The translations under genes and the position numbers were made by a program. Below the pieces are notes generated by a model, which worked only from the letters and a program-made list of their open reading frames with translations, ran no database searches and was not told where the DNA came from. A stretch of DNA of 32,201 bases from a virus (lineage: Duplodnaviria > Caudoviricetes): IMG/VR virus record IMGVR_UViG_3300037313_002212, positions 1-32,201 of that record. One strand, given 5' to 3'. Positions 1 through 9,312 of the stretch are shown one piece after another (position 1 is the stretch's first letter; every line of letters starts with the position of its first letter).

Positions 1-105
1 ATGCCAATCCACTTTCTAGTCGTATATGTTCACTGGAAATGCTATAGCCTCCCTTATTCTAAAATGGTAAATTGTAGTATGGCAAATTTAAGGAACGGAG
101 CGAAT

Positions 106-756
106 ATGGATATTAATACCATTGAACAAAAATTTGTGCCATATATTCGACCTGGGGAAAGAGGAGGCCGAACTGCATTCACCGTTATGGCTTGCCAACC
201 CTTACATATTGGCCACGTCCGTGTTATCAATAGAATGATCCTAGATTCTAAGGTTGTCATAATTGGCCTCGAAAAAGCACCTCGACCGTCAATGGTAAAT
301 GCGCCGTATTCCGACGGACATCGAATCAAAATGCTGCACAACGTATACGGCAATCGAGTGCGGGTGGTGGTGATAAGTGAACTACAAGGCGGTTCTAACG
401 AAAGTTGGCCAAACCACTGTATTAAAGCAATCACTTCTGAAGGATGGCCAGAACCAACGGACTATTATACAGGATCAGAAGCCGACGCAAGCCGCTACGC
501 CGGCTGGTTTTGGAACAAGATGGTAACCTCACCTGAGCTAGAAACAAAAGAGAACCAGATGAGGTATTTTATTGATGTTGGCGACAAGCGTATGCTGCGG
601 CGTCTATGTTTATTGCGCGAGGACTTTCGACAGATACCAAGTTCTTCTGAGGTTAGAAAGCTTCTGCAGTCAACGAATAAGGCTTGGCATACGTGGGTTC
701 CTGCAGTAAACCACCATTTGGTTGAAAGCGCATTGCCAGCCACACTAAGGAAATAG
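106..756 (+). CDS. Nicotinamide/nicotinate mononucleotide adenylyltransferase-like protein (NadM/NadR-type cytidylyltransferase superfamily)
   Basis: HxGH motif QPLHIGH; C-terminal SSSEVR...W..WVP resembles the NMNAT ISxTxIR...W..VP tail; adjacent to a nicotinamidase. Start moved to ATG 106 behind a GGAG RBS. Confidence 0.75.
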   Translation: MDINTIEQKFVPYIRPGERGGRTAFTVMACQPLHIGHVRVINRMILDSKVVIIGLEKAPRPSMVNAPYSDGHRIKMLHNVYGNRVRVVVISELQGGSNESWPNHCIKAITSEGWPEPTDYYTGSEADASRYAGWFWNKMVTSPELETKENQMRYFIDVGDKRMLRRLCLLREDFRQIPSSSEVRKLLQSTNKAWHTWVPAVNHHLVESALPATLRK

Positions 757-766
757 AGAGGATACA

Positions 767-1375
767 ATGTCAAGGTTTGCTATAGTGGTTGACTGTCAAA
801 ATGATTTTATGGAACCTAATGGCGCGTTATACGTGCCTGGGGCCGATGCAATTGTCGACAATGTTCAAACCTTCTTAGATAAGCTACCCAATGGTAACTA
901 TTGTGGGGTGTTATTCACATTAGACACACACCATCCTTCCGTTTATCCAACAAGCGAGGAGGCAAAAAGCTTTCCGCCACACTGCTACGTCGGCACACCC
1001 GGTTGGCAACTGGCAGTTGATACGTCTAAATTGTTCCGCGCTATTCCGTGCTATCAACTTCGCAAGAATGTCTTCAACATGTGGGAAGAACCTGGCCTAA
1101 AGATAAAAAAGTTGGAAGAGGATTACGATAATCCTATGACTGAAGGTGTTGACCGGGACCAGTTTTTTGATGACTTGGCAGTGGTAGAGGGTGTTACGAC
1201 CGTGGTCGTCGTAGGAGTGGCAGCGGACTATTGTGTGAAATGGGCGATTGAAGGTGCACTTCGCCATAAGTTTTACGTCGATGTTGTCAACGGATGCACA
1301 AGAGGCATAAATCAGCAAATTCATGAGGTGCTCGGAGAATTTCCCGGCCATACGATTTACCTTGTCGCCGAGTAA
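767..1375 (+). CDS. pncA: Nicotinamidase/pyrazinamidase (isochorismatase family)
   Basis: VVDCQNDF (catalytic Asp), LDTH, FPPHC (metal ligands), Lys in RKN, GVAADYCV (catalytic Cys); RBS GAGG. Confidence 0.9.
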   Translation: MSRFAIVVDCQNDFMEPNGALYVPGADAIVDNVQTFLDKLPNGNYCGVLFTLDTHHPSVYPTSEEAKSFPPHCYVGTPGWQLAVDTSKLFRAIPCYQLRKNVFNMWEEPGLKIKKLEEDYDNPMTEGVDRDQFFDDLAVVEGVTTVVVVGVAADYCVKWAIEGALRHKFYVDVVNGCTRGINQQIHEVLGEFPGHTIYLVAE

Positions 1376-1419
1376 ATAGATTGTCGTAGTCACATAAGGT
1401 TAATTCATAAAAACCAAAT

Positions 1420-1902
1420 ATGTTAGGTCAGATTGTAAGGTCACCATTAATATGGGATAAGACCAACGACCAGAGAAAAGGAATTTTTCTGGCAGGCGGC
1501 ATAACAAATTGTCCTTTGTGGCAGGACCACGCAGCACAACGGATCGCAAATGCACTTCCAGTCGTTGTGTTGGATCCACGGCGTGACAATTGGGAGCTCA
1601 CCAACGGCCATGTCGAAAGCGTGTTGCAGATATCGTGGGAGTGTAAGCACCTAAAAAAGAGTGACCATATTCTTTTTTGGTTTCCTTCAACATCTGACTG
1701 TTCGATAGCACTGTTTGAATTGGGATCCTATTTGGAAAAAAGGATCCCAATCACTATTGGCACTGACTGTGCTTATACAAGGCGCTTTGATGTCGAGGTT
1801 CAAAGCGCTATGGTTAGACCAAGGATCGTAATTTGGGACAACCTCGATAAGATGATTGATCATCTTATCGCAAACTGGAATCAACCTTTCGAAGGATTAT
1901 GA
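1420..1902 (+). CDS. Nucleoside 2-deoxyribosyltransferase-like protein
   Basis: IFLAGGI..CP.WQ, DPRR, QISWE...L...D.ILFWF, S.IALFELG are typical of the NDT-like family. Confidence 0.8.
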   Translation: MLGQIVRSPLIWDKTNDQRKGIFLAGGITNCPLWQDHAAQRIANALPVVVLDPRRDNWELTNGHVESVLQISWECKHLKKSDHILFWFPSTSDCSIALFELGSYLEKRIPITIGTDCAYTRRFDVEVQSAMVRPRIVIWDNLDKMIDHLIANWNQPFEGL

Positions 1903-2322
1903 TTTGGCGTGTAAACTATCCGGGCCCTCATGATATTTCAACTTGTTATAGGTAGCCAACGTCTCTAGGCCCAATGCCCTTATATCATCCGAATTAAGTT
2001 TGTTGAGCGCAACACGCCGTTTTTCTTCAAGGTATTCATCTTTATCCAGGTCGATAATATCGGTGTTAGAATTGACGGTAACTTTGACGAACTCGACCTC
2101 GCGTTGATATTTTCTCAGTGCCAATTGGTATGCCTTAATAATATTTTCGACTGGCGCATCGTTAAACAACGATGCTTCTTCAATCCTGTCAGTTAATAGT
2201 TCACTTGAATATTGTCTACTGACATAACGCCATGTCCAGTTTTGTGACAAAGTATCTTGTGTCTTCGGAAAGCATTTCACTCTAAACACATAATATGTTT
2301 TGCTAGTGTGCTCCACAAACAA
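1897..2322 (-). CDS. Hypothetical protein
   Basis: 141-aa ORF with an AGGAG RBS, directly downstream of the gp15-like gene. Confidence 0.6.
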   Translation of the reverse strand: MFVEHTSKTYYVFRVKCFPKTQDTLSQNWTWRYVSRQYSSELLTDRIEEASLFNDAPVENIIKAYQLALRKYQREVEFVKVTVNSNTDIIDLDKDEYLEEKRRVALNKLNSDDIRALGLETLATYNKLKYHEGPDSLHAKS

Positions 2323-2325
2323 CTC

Positions 2326-3681
2326 CTAAAGTGCTAGTCTCCAATATCCAGGCGAATAATCGCCATCGATAGACAGATGCCAAAACTTGCCATTCCAATG
2401 TAACTGCTGGTATGTTCGCGTATTTAGAACGTATTCAGATGTACTGCCTGCGAAAGAATTGAACGATATATTCCATTGTGAGCCATCGAATTCAATTATA
2501 TCATGTTCATGCGCAACAAGACCACCCCAAGCGATTCCTCCAGAAAGATGTTTGAGCAGGAGGTAACGCTGCCCAGCAATCGGAGCATCAAGTTTGTTAT
2601 TCGGCCATGCAGTATGTGGATCAATGACTGCAATTACTTCGGCCATGGTGTTAACTGGTAATGTTTGCAGGTCAACGGTCCAGAACAGCTTCATAGGATC
2701 AATAGGATCTAACTGCAAGAAGCCAATAACATCCATTGAGTTGTCTTCAATGTCGGTAACTAGCTTAAGGCGAATTTGGCTTACACCATTTCTAAAGCGA
2801 CCATATTTTTTGAGGAGAGTCACCCAATTCATCGGCTGGCCTTCGTCGTCAAGGACTGCGTTATTGTAATTCAGCAGGATAATTTCATTCCTATCAACAC
2901 GAATAGAAAAGTCTCCCGGTGTTACAATAAGGCGCGAAATTAGATCACTATCAGTCCAATAGAAGCCAGCACCATTTTCTTGGTTCATTTTTTCCAGTCG
3001 TCCAATATCGATGATGATCTGATCTATAAGATTTTGCCGCTTAACCTTTGCTGGGGCTGTAAGCCAGATGGGAAGTTTGAATGTGAGGCTTGCAACATCT
3101 ATATTGTCGGTTGTCCCTCCTGGATACGTCCTTGACGACCAGGTAACGTCCTCCAATTCCACTATTGTTAACTGGGTCCAGTCGTAAGGATTATTACCGG
3201 TCTGGAGATCGATCGACGGGTTGAACAGGACTAGGATTTGCTCTAATAGTTGTTGTTTTTGAAGCTCACTTGAGGTCCAAAGATCAGCTTGCATTGTGAG
3301 ATCATATGGAACCGGCATGTAGCTCTCGAGATTATAGATTGTGCCAAGGTCAGATGTATAGCGTTTTGCAACCTCGTCAAAGTCCCGTTCCCATACATTT
3401 ATTGTTCGAACAAAGTTAGGATCCTGTGTCCGTTCAGCATTGCGCTTTAGGGAGGTAATCCAGCAGGATATCTGGGGAGTGCTTTGCAGGACGTTTTCAC
3501 TGTTGTTCATGTTAATAGCGTTAACCTGGCGGTCGAGGCTGGCATACGTTGCTGGCACTGTCCGCAGGATAGCGTTTCCATTAGCGTCGACACCACTCCG
3601 CCATTGAAATCCGGAAAATACCCTCACAAATTGGAGGATGTAGCGTCTTATTTGTTGGTCGTAGAAGTGATCAAGGGCCAT
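2326..3681 (-). CDS. Tail terminator / sheath stabilizer (T4 gp15-like) with C-terminal extension
   Basis: HFYDQQIRRYILQF, VP..Y, PVPYDL...DLWT, LEQILVLFNP match the gp15 pattern; lies near neck genes. Confidence 0.75.
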   Translation of the reverse strand: MALDHFYDQQIRRYILQFVRVFSGFQWRSGVDANGNAILRTVPATYASLDRQVNAINMNNSENVLQSTPQISCWITSLKRNAERTQDPNFVRTINVWERDFDEVAKRYTSDLGTIYNLESYMPVPYDLTMQADLWTSSELQKQQLLEQILVLFNPSIDLQTGNNPYDWTQLTIVELEDVTWSSRTYPGGTTDNIDVASLTFKLPIWLTAPAKVKRQNLIDQIIIDIGRLEKMNQENGAGFYWTDSDLISRLIVTPGDFSIRVDRNEIILLNYNNAVLDDEGQPMNWVTLLKKYGRFRNGVSQIRLKLVTDIEDNSMDVIGFLQLDPIDPMKLFWTVDLQTLPVNTMAEVIAVIDPHTAWPNNKLDAPIAGQRYLLLKHLSGGIAWGGLVAHEHDIIEFDGSQWNISFNSFAGSTSEYVLNTRTYQQLHWNGKFWHLSIDGDYSPGYWRLAL

Positions 3682-3692
3682 TCAATGCTCCG

Positions 3693-4238
3693 TTATGCCT
3701 GATGATCGTCAGGCACAGCAATAGGTGCAAAATCTAATGTGCCTTGCGCGAACAGGACCCCTTCAGCATGCCGCCTCGTTACTAACCCAGCTGTGATACG
3801 TCCTCCAGACTTATTCCATAATGACAAGTCATACGGAATCCTGTCGAACTTGAATCGCTGCAAATCGGCATAAACGTTCGATTTTAGGAAGTTGCCGCTT
3901 CCAACATTGTAGACAAACGATACAATTGCATCGAATTCATTTTGCTTCAGTCTTGCTGCAACTTTGCTGAACACTGTGTGTTCAGCTGTTGCTAGATCTT
4001 TTGCTAATAGGGAGACCGCCTCATCGAAAGTAATCGACTTTTTCGGATCAACGTTTATGGAGTGCCCGTAGCCTACGCTCCAGATTCCTGCTGTGTCACG
4101 ATAAGGAGTTAAACGTAAGCCTTCAAAGTACTCTATTAGTTGAAGCCCAAGTGGCCCAGTCTTCTGAACTGGCGCGGTTGACTGTTGGGCTTGTAACTGT
4201 TGGTTGGCAATAGCATCAACTGCTGAAAATAACGACAT
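3693..4238 (-). CDS. Phage lysozyme (GH24 muramidase)
   Basis: IEYFEGLRLTPYRDTAGIWSVGYGH (catalytic E and D; S at the usual T position), QNEFDAIVSFVYNVG, GLVTRR.AE. Confidence 0.92.
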   Translation of the reverse strand: MSLFSAVDAIANQQLQAQQSTAPVQKTGPLGLQLIEYFEGLRLTPYRDTAGIWSVGYGHSINVDPKKSITFDEAVSLLAKDLATAEHTVFSKVAARLKQNEFDAIVSFVYNVGSGNFLKSNVYADLQRFKFDRIPYDLSLWNKSGGRITAGLVTRRHAEGVLFAQGTLDFAPIAVPDDHQA

Positions 4239-4253
4239 GGTGAAAATCCATAA

Positions 4254-5480
4254 TTAATAATCGGCTTTTGGTAACACAGCTCTGCTCAAAGGTTGTTTTT
4301 CAGGAAATGTTTTATCCTGAATGTGGGTTATATTATTGTTGTTCAAGAAGCTCTCTAGAATTCTATGGGCTGATTGCCATTTAAGGCGCAAATCAACCTC
4401 TTGGAACAACCACAAACCATTGCGAAGCTGAAACAGCATCGCCATACCGCGATCTACATCGACTTCCGATCCAGCGGGTGGCAGTTTTAGAAAGTAGTCA
4501 CCCTCTTGCGCGTCTGCCGGAAAATGGGTGCCAGAGCGCGCCGGTGTTGAGCCATTTGGTGGAATGCCGTCCCCGGTAAAGATCCAAGGATATTCTTTAC
4601 CGCGTTCTGTTCCAGGCACAATCCAAATATGACTAGCATTAAAATTCCTATAAGGAACAATGTTCTCAGCTTCTTGTTCAATAGCTTGGCTCATTGCGAG
4701 CTTGTTCTGGTAGTCGCTTATAAGCGATCCAACGCCGGTTACGCCTGCGCCTCCCACACTACCTGCGCCGCCAGTCGAAGGATCGACAACATCGCCTCCC
4801 GTGCCGCTGGTGCTATCAATGCCGAGTGAACCAGCGTGACCTGGCACGCCAGTTCCGTCTAGTCCATCACCGCCAACTTGTTCGCTAAGCGGCATATTAA
4901 GGATTTGATTGAATTGCTGACTGTCGGTAAGGGGGGTAATCTTCACACGCAGAATATGTGGCCGCCACGTCACGGACCAGCCAATAGAAGCTCTGTTCAC
5001 GTCGGTTATCTGATAAAACTTATTGATCGCCGGTGCATTTTCATCGAGCAACGCATCATCCCGCATGTGCAGCATTTCAAGTACGTCGCCTGGCATAAGC
5101 TTCCTACCGATCTTTTCCACTACATCGTTTAAATGAAACGACAAGAAGTAGGTATCGGATTCCAGAAACATACCAAATTGGCGGATATCCCATTCGGAAT
5201 CAAGCATGTTGAAAACGGCCTTAAGCTCGTAAACATAAGGATCATATGCTCGGTCCCTGTTTTCCTGGAATAAGACATCTTGGACTTCAGTCACTCCAGT
5301 TTTGGGTGTCTGCGAGAGGCCTGGTTGCGTTGGGTCGTTTTGGTTGCCTTGGTCGATCGGACCTAAATACTTATGGAGGAAAACAGAAACGCCGCCAATG
5401 TCAAAATACTCCCTTATCGACTCATCGATAAAATAGTAATCTTGATTTTTAAACGGCGCCCAGTTGTTCAGTAGATCCAT
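4254..5480 (-). CDS. Neck / head-tail connector protein (T4 gp14-like)
   Basis: E.F.IGG..V..HKY, D.LF.ENRDR.Y, QFGMFL, PGDVL, FYQI pattern; divergent from the gp13-like gene; TAAATA upstream. Confidence 0.7.
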   Translation of the reverse strand: MDLLNNWAPFKNQDYYFIDESIREYFDIGGVSVFLHKYLGPIDQGNQNDPTQPGLSQTPKTGVTEVQDVLFQENRDRAYDPYVYELKAVFNMLDSEWDIRQFGMFLESDTYFLSFHLNDVVEKIGRKLMPGDVLEMLHMRDDALLDENAPAINKFYQITDVNRASIGWSVTWRPHILRVKITPLTDSQQFNQILNMPLSEQVGGDGLDGTGVPGHAGSLGIDSTSGTGGDVVDPSTGGAGSVGGAGVTGVGSLISDYQNKLAMSQAIEQEAENIVPYRNFNASHIWIVPGTERGKEYPWIFTGDGIPPNGSTPARSGTHFPADAQEGDYFLKLPPAGSEVDVDRGMAMLFQLRNGLWLFQEVDLRLKWQSAHRILESFLNNNNITHIQDKTFPEKQPLSRAVLPKADY

Positions 5481-5503
5481 GACCCGATCCTTAAAGTCGC
5501 GAT

Positions 5504-5527
5504 TATTTATTGGCGGTGAACTAAATA
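5504..5527. promoter_or_regulatory. Back-to-back TAAATA late promoters (minus 5504-5509, plus 5522-5527)
   Basis: Motif lies about 23 nt upstream of both divergent neck genes; resembles T4 late promoter TATAAATA. Confidence 0.7.
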
Positions 5528-5549
5528 TTTCACAACTTAGGAGATTCGT

Positions 5550-6347
5550 ATGCTAAGCTATGCATCGCCGAATAGTAGATCTTTAACGCCGCGCCAAAAG
5601 CTGTTGAGAGAAGTGCGGTTAATCCTCGGCGATGGAATGGTGAAGGTTGAGTTAACACCCGACCATTTCGAAGTGGCCATGGATTTGGCGTTTGATCGGT
5701 ATCGTCAAAGGTCATCTAATGCAGTTGAAGAGCGCATAGGCGTCTTGGATTTGATCGAGGGTAAAAATGAATATTTTTTACCTGAAGATGTCTGTGAAGT
5801 CAGACAGATTTTTCGCCGTGGTATAACTGGAACATCGATGGGCACAGGAGCCAACTTTGATCCTTTTGGCGCAGTGTTCGCAAACCAGTTTGCATTTGCT
5901 GGTATCGGAGCCGGCCCATTATCTGGTGGGGTATCGGGCGATCTGATAACTTATGAAATTGTTAGCGAATACCAGCAAATGTTAGGCCGCATGTTTGGCG
6001 CCCGTTTCGATTTTACTTGGAATCCAACAGACCATAGACTGAACATACAGCGCTATATCAGCGGCCCAGAGAGTGTGTTGTTGCTCTTATATGTTTTTCG
6101 CACAGAGGAAAATCTCCTTGCCGACACCTATGCACGGACGTGGTTGCGTGACTATACCGTAGCGCGTTGTAAAATTATGATCGGCGAGGCAAGGGAAAAA
6201 TTTGGCAACATCGCGAGTCCACAAGGCGGTGTAAGTATGAACGGCGCAGCGCTAAAACAGGAAGGACAGGCTGAAATCACCCGACTTGAAACCGAAGTTC
6301 AAAATTTTGTCGATCAGTCAATCGGCATGCCGTTTACATTTGGCTGA
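5550..6347 (+). CDS. Neck protein (T4 gp13-like)
   Basis: LG..MVKVELT, WLRDY..A..K...GE...KF....PQGGVSMNG..L..EG; RBS AGGAG. Confidence 0.85.
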   Translation: MLSYASPNSRSLTPRQKLLREVRLILGDGMVKVELTPDHFEVAMDLAFDRYRQRSSNAVEERIGVLDLIEGKNEYFLPEDVCEVRQIFRRGITGTSMGTGANFDPFGAVFANQFAFAGIGAGPLSGGVSGDLITYEIVSEYQQMLGRMFGARFDFTWNPTDHRLNIQRYISGPESVLLLLYVFRTEENLLADTYARTWLRDYTVARCKIMIGEAREKFGNIASPQGGVSMNGAALKQEGQAEITRLETEVQNFVDQSIGMPFTFG

Positions 6348-6393
6348 CTGTCAGGAATAACAATCGAGTGCCACTATTGAATGAAGGGCCTTA

Positions 6394-7053
6394 GTGCCGT
6401 TACTATCGCATGCCTATGCCGTTGAATTGATTCGGCAGTATGGATCGCCCCTTGTGGGCTTAATTATCCTCCTGGAAGCTGTTGGCATACCGCTTCCCGC
6501 AGAAAGTCTGCTTGTCATGGCTGCAATCTTTTCCGGGCGGCACCCAGAAGTGATAAACATCTATGCGCTTGTGTCCTTTGCCTGTTTTGGCGCTATTGTC
6601 GGAGACAATATCGGATATTTCGTTGGCAAGTCCATCGGCCACAGACTAATGTTGAAATATGGTCGCTACATTGGGCTGACTCAGGACAGGATGCTATTGG
6701 GCCGGTATGTGTTTGACCGCTGGGGCTCCAATGTTGTGTTATGGGGAAGATTTGTCACATTTCTTCGTGTATTTGCCGCGTTGTTAGCTGGGGTTAACAA
6801 TATGAACTGGCGGCGGTTTCTCGTTGCAAACGCTATAGGTGGCATAGCTTGGACATCCAGTTATGGATTCGGAGCGCACTTACTGGGGAAAACTATAGAA
6901 AACTTCCTTGGACCTATTGGAATAGTTGTATCACTGCTAGCATTAAGCTTAATTGTCTTCACATTCTTTTATATGAAAAAGAATGAAAACAGGCTGATCG
7001 AGCACGCAAGACAACAACTGGAAGAGACAGGAAATGATCAAGCGTCCGTATAA
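6394..7053 (+). CDS. dedA: DedA family membrane protein
   Basis: LEAVGIPLPAES, GAIVGDNIGY.VG, GRFV..LR, AG...M.WRRFL.AN..G...W; several hydrophobic helices. Confidence 0.9.
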   Translation: MPLLSHAYAVELIRQYGSPLVGLIILLEAVGIPLPAESLLVMAAIFSGRHPEVINIYALVSFACFGAIVGDNIGYFVGKSIGHRLMLKYGRYIGLTQDRMLLGRYVFDRWGSNVVLWGRFVTFLRVFAALLAGVNNMNWRRFLVANAIGGIAWTSSYGFGAHLLGKTIENFLGPIGIVVSLLALSLIVFTFFYMKKNENRLIEHARQQLEETGNDQASV

Positions 7054-7543
7054 TCCTGACAGCGAACAACCTTTACTGACCGGAGTACCAGAGTTCTACG
7101 ACGATAAGTCTGAGCTTAAAGATGAAATAGTTGAACAAAATAAACACTGGGAGGAGGCTGGAAGGAAGGCGCGTATGACACAATCAGAAGACAAGACTGC
7201 CAGCAGTGATGATACGGCCAAGACATTATTGGATAAGCTTGTCACTGAGAATCGGGCTATGTTTCAGCAATTTATGGCCGAAGCAAAAAAGGAAATCGGC
7301 GAAGCTCTTCAGCCTACTGATCAACCGCCTTCCGCGCAGAAACTCGAAAGCATGCTACCGCCATACGACTTACTGGACAGGTGGTTTAAACGATTCGCTG
7401 CCTACAAATACGACATTGAGCACACAGCGGATCTACGTGAAGCAAACCGCCTACGCACAGCGTTGTACAACGACACTATAGCGACATTGTTTGATGTTGG
7501 CTTAGAAATGTCTAAACTGATAGGTGCTATCGAAAGCCGTTAA
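7034..7543 (+). CDS. Hypothetical helical protein
   Basis: 169-aa ORF overlapping the dedA end. Confidence 0.6.
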   Translation: MIKRPYNPDSEQPLLTGVPEFYDDKSELKDEIVEQNKHWEEAGRKARMTQSEDKTASSDDTAKTLLDKLVTENRAMFQQFMAEAKKEIGEALQPTDQPPSAQKLESMLPPYDLLDRWFKRFAAYKYDIEHTADLREANRLRTALYNDTIATLFDVGLEMSKLIGAIESR

Positions 7544-7896
7544 GTATGGGCATATGTCATAACGTCCTGTAATATACTAATAGCCTTATGTTCAGGGTCA
7601 TATGCCGTTCTGTTTTCAGGCGTGAATCCGGATCGAATAGCATCAATGACCTTGACAATTTCTTTAAGGTCAAGCCCGACATTATCCGCATGCAGTGCTA
7701 TGTCGTCGATGTCGACGTCTTTTGCCTCCTTAACCGCGTCAACAAAATAGTCGCTTGCGCCGCTATAGTCCTTTGCTAACACCAGAGCGACAAAATGTTT
7801 AACTTCGTCGCTGATTTCATCGGTTTCATCATCATTAAAGATAGATGAATATATACCGAAAAATTCAGACACAAGATTTTTCAAAGCTTCAAACAT
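7540..7896 (-). CDS. Hypothetical acidic protein, probably late-expressed
   Basis: 118-aa ORF with GGAG RBS and minus-strand TAAATA at 7924-7929. Confidence 0.65.
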   Translation of the reverse strand: MFEALKNLVSEFFGIYSSIFNDDETDEISDEVKHFVALVLAKDYSGASDYFVDAVKEAKDVDIDDIALHADNVGLDLKEIVKVIDAIRSGFTPENRTAYDPEHKAISILQDVMTYAHT

Positions 7897-7972
7897 GCAA
7901 TAGCTCCGGCACTGTTGTTGGGATATTTATTAGGGAAAAGTTCTGATCGGACGATAACACGGATGTATTCAA

Positions 7973-8644
7973 ATGAAAATTATAGGCATCTTGGGGCTTA
8001 TAGGCTCCGGGAAAGATACGATTGGTGACTATCTTGTAGAGCGGCACAGCTTTTGCAGAGATAGCTTTGCTGGGCCTTTAAAGGACATCGTATCGGTAAT
8101 ATTTGGCTGGGACCGAAACCTGCTAGAGGGAAAAACAGTCGAATCAAGGCGTTGGCGCGAGCAACCCGACATATGGTGGGAGCATGAGCTAAATTGGCGA
8201 CACCATCGTTTCAGCACATACTTTCCAAGATTCACACCCCGTGTTTGCCTGCAGTTGTTCGGCACCGACATCTGCCGTGATGCCTTCCATGATGATATTT
8301 GGATCCTTAGTTTAAAGAGCAGGCTATTAAAGGCGCAACAGAACACTGTCATCACAGATTGCAGATTTCCAAACGAATGTGATGCAATTTGTGCGTTAGG
8401 TGGCACAATTCTTCGTGTTCATCGAGGATCTCTGCCACCGTGGGTTAATGACATAAGGCATGAGATAGCCTCTAATCCCGACTGGTTTGACGCGTGTATG
8501 GACTATGGGCTGAAACATTCGATCCATCTTAGTGAATGGATGTCATTTGCCTGTAAGGAGCATGTCGTGATTTCAAATAATGGTACATTGGACGATCTGT
8601 ATAGGAGTATTGAAACAACCTTAATTACAGCGTATACGCGGTAG
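7973..8644 (+). CDS. Deoxynucleoside monophosphate kinase (T4 gp1-like)
   Basis: P-loop GLIGSGKDT, SFAGPLK, TPR..LQ.FGTD, VITDCRFPNE, H.SE, I.NNGTL. Confidence 0.9.
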   Translation: MKIIGILGLIGSGKDTIGDYLVERHSFCRDSFAGPLKDIVSVIFGWDRNLLEGKTVESRRWREQPDIWWEHELNWRHHRFSTYFPRFTPRVCLQLFGTDICRDAFHDDIWILSLKSRLLKAQQNTVITDCRFPNECDAICALGGTILRVHRGSLPPWVNDIRHEIASNPDWFDACMDYGLKHSIHLSEWMSFACKEHVVISNNGTLDDLYRSIETTLITAYTR

Positions 8645-8645
8645 C

Positions 8646-9257
8646 ATGGATATACCAACTTTTCTAAGATCCTCGACAACACCCATATGCCTTAGTGGGG
8701 GTGCGATTGGTGCCGATCTTGCATGGGGGCACGCTGCAGAGCAGATGGGGCATCGTGTACTCCACTGGTCTTATCCAGGGGCAAGAACACGGGCGCCAGA
8801 AAATACTCTTGTGCGCCTAACACAAGAACAGCTTTGTCGTGCCGATCCAAACGTCGTGCGTGCTAACCGCGTCGTGTCACGGGTGTTTCCGACTAATATT
8901 GACAGCGTCAACAACTTGTTAAGGAGAAATTGGTATCAAGTAGCCTGGACAAACGCTGTATATGCTGTCGGTCGAATTGACGAAAGATACAGAATTGATG
9001 GCGGCACAGCATGGGCGGTGCAAATGTATATTGATAGGTTCATCTGTGATGGCGAGGATCCTAAAACGTGCCGGCTATATTTTTTCAACGAAATATCGAG
9101 AAAATGGCTGAAATGGGGAAACGAATGGCGTGTGCTTGAGGAGTTACCACCAATGCCGAGTGGACTTTGGACTGGAATTGGTACGAGGAAGTTAACACTG
9201 GATGGACAGAGCGCGATAGAGCACGTGACAACACAACGGACCAGCGCTATATTATAG
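8646..9257 (+). CDS. SLOG-superfamily-like nucleotide-binding protein
   Basis: SGGAIGAD glycine loop, RRNW.QV, GGTAWAV, GIGTR. Confidence 0.55.
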   Translation: MDIPTFLRSSTTPICLSGGAIGADLAWGHAAEQMGHRVLHWSYPGARTRAPENTLVRLTQEQLCRADPNVVRANRVVSRVFPTNIDSVNNLLRRNWYQVAWTNAVYAVGRIDERYRIDGGTAWAVQMYIDRFICDGEDPKTCRLYFFNEISRKWLKWGNEWRVLEELPPMPSGLWTGIGTRKLTLDGQSAIEHVTTQRTSAIL

Positions 9258-9312
9258 CCGTGTAAGACGTCCACAAACGTGCTAACATGTAGCAATTAGC
9301 CGGCGCGGGTAG

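Noticed and set aside
4720-4880. Gly-rich low-complexity stretch in the gp14-like gene as a repeat element
   Set aside because: In-frame flexible linker without exact nucleotide repeats.
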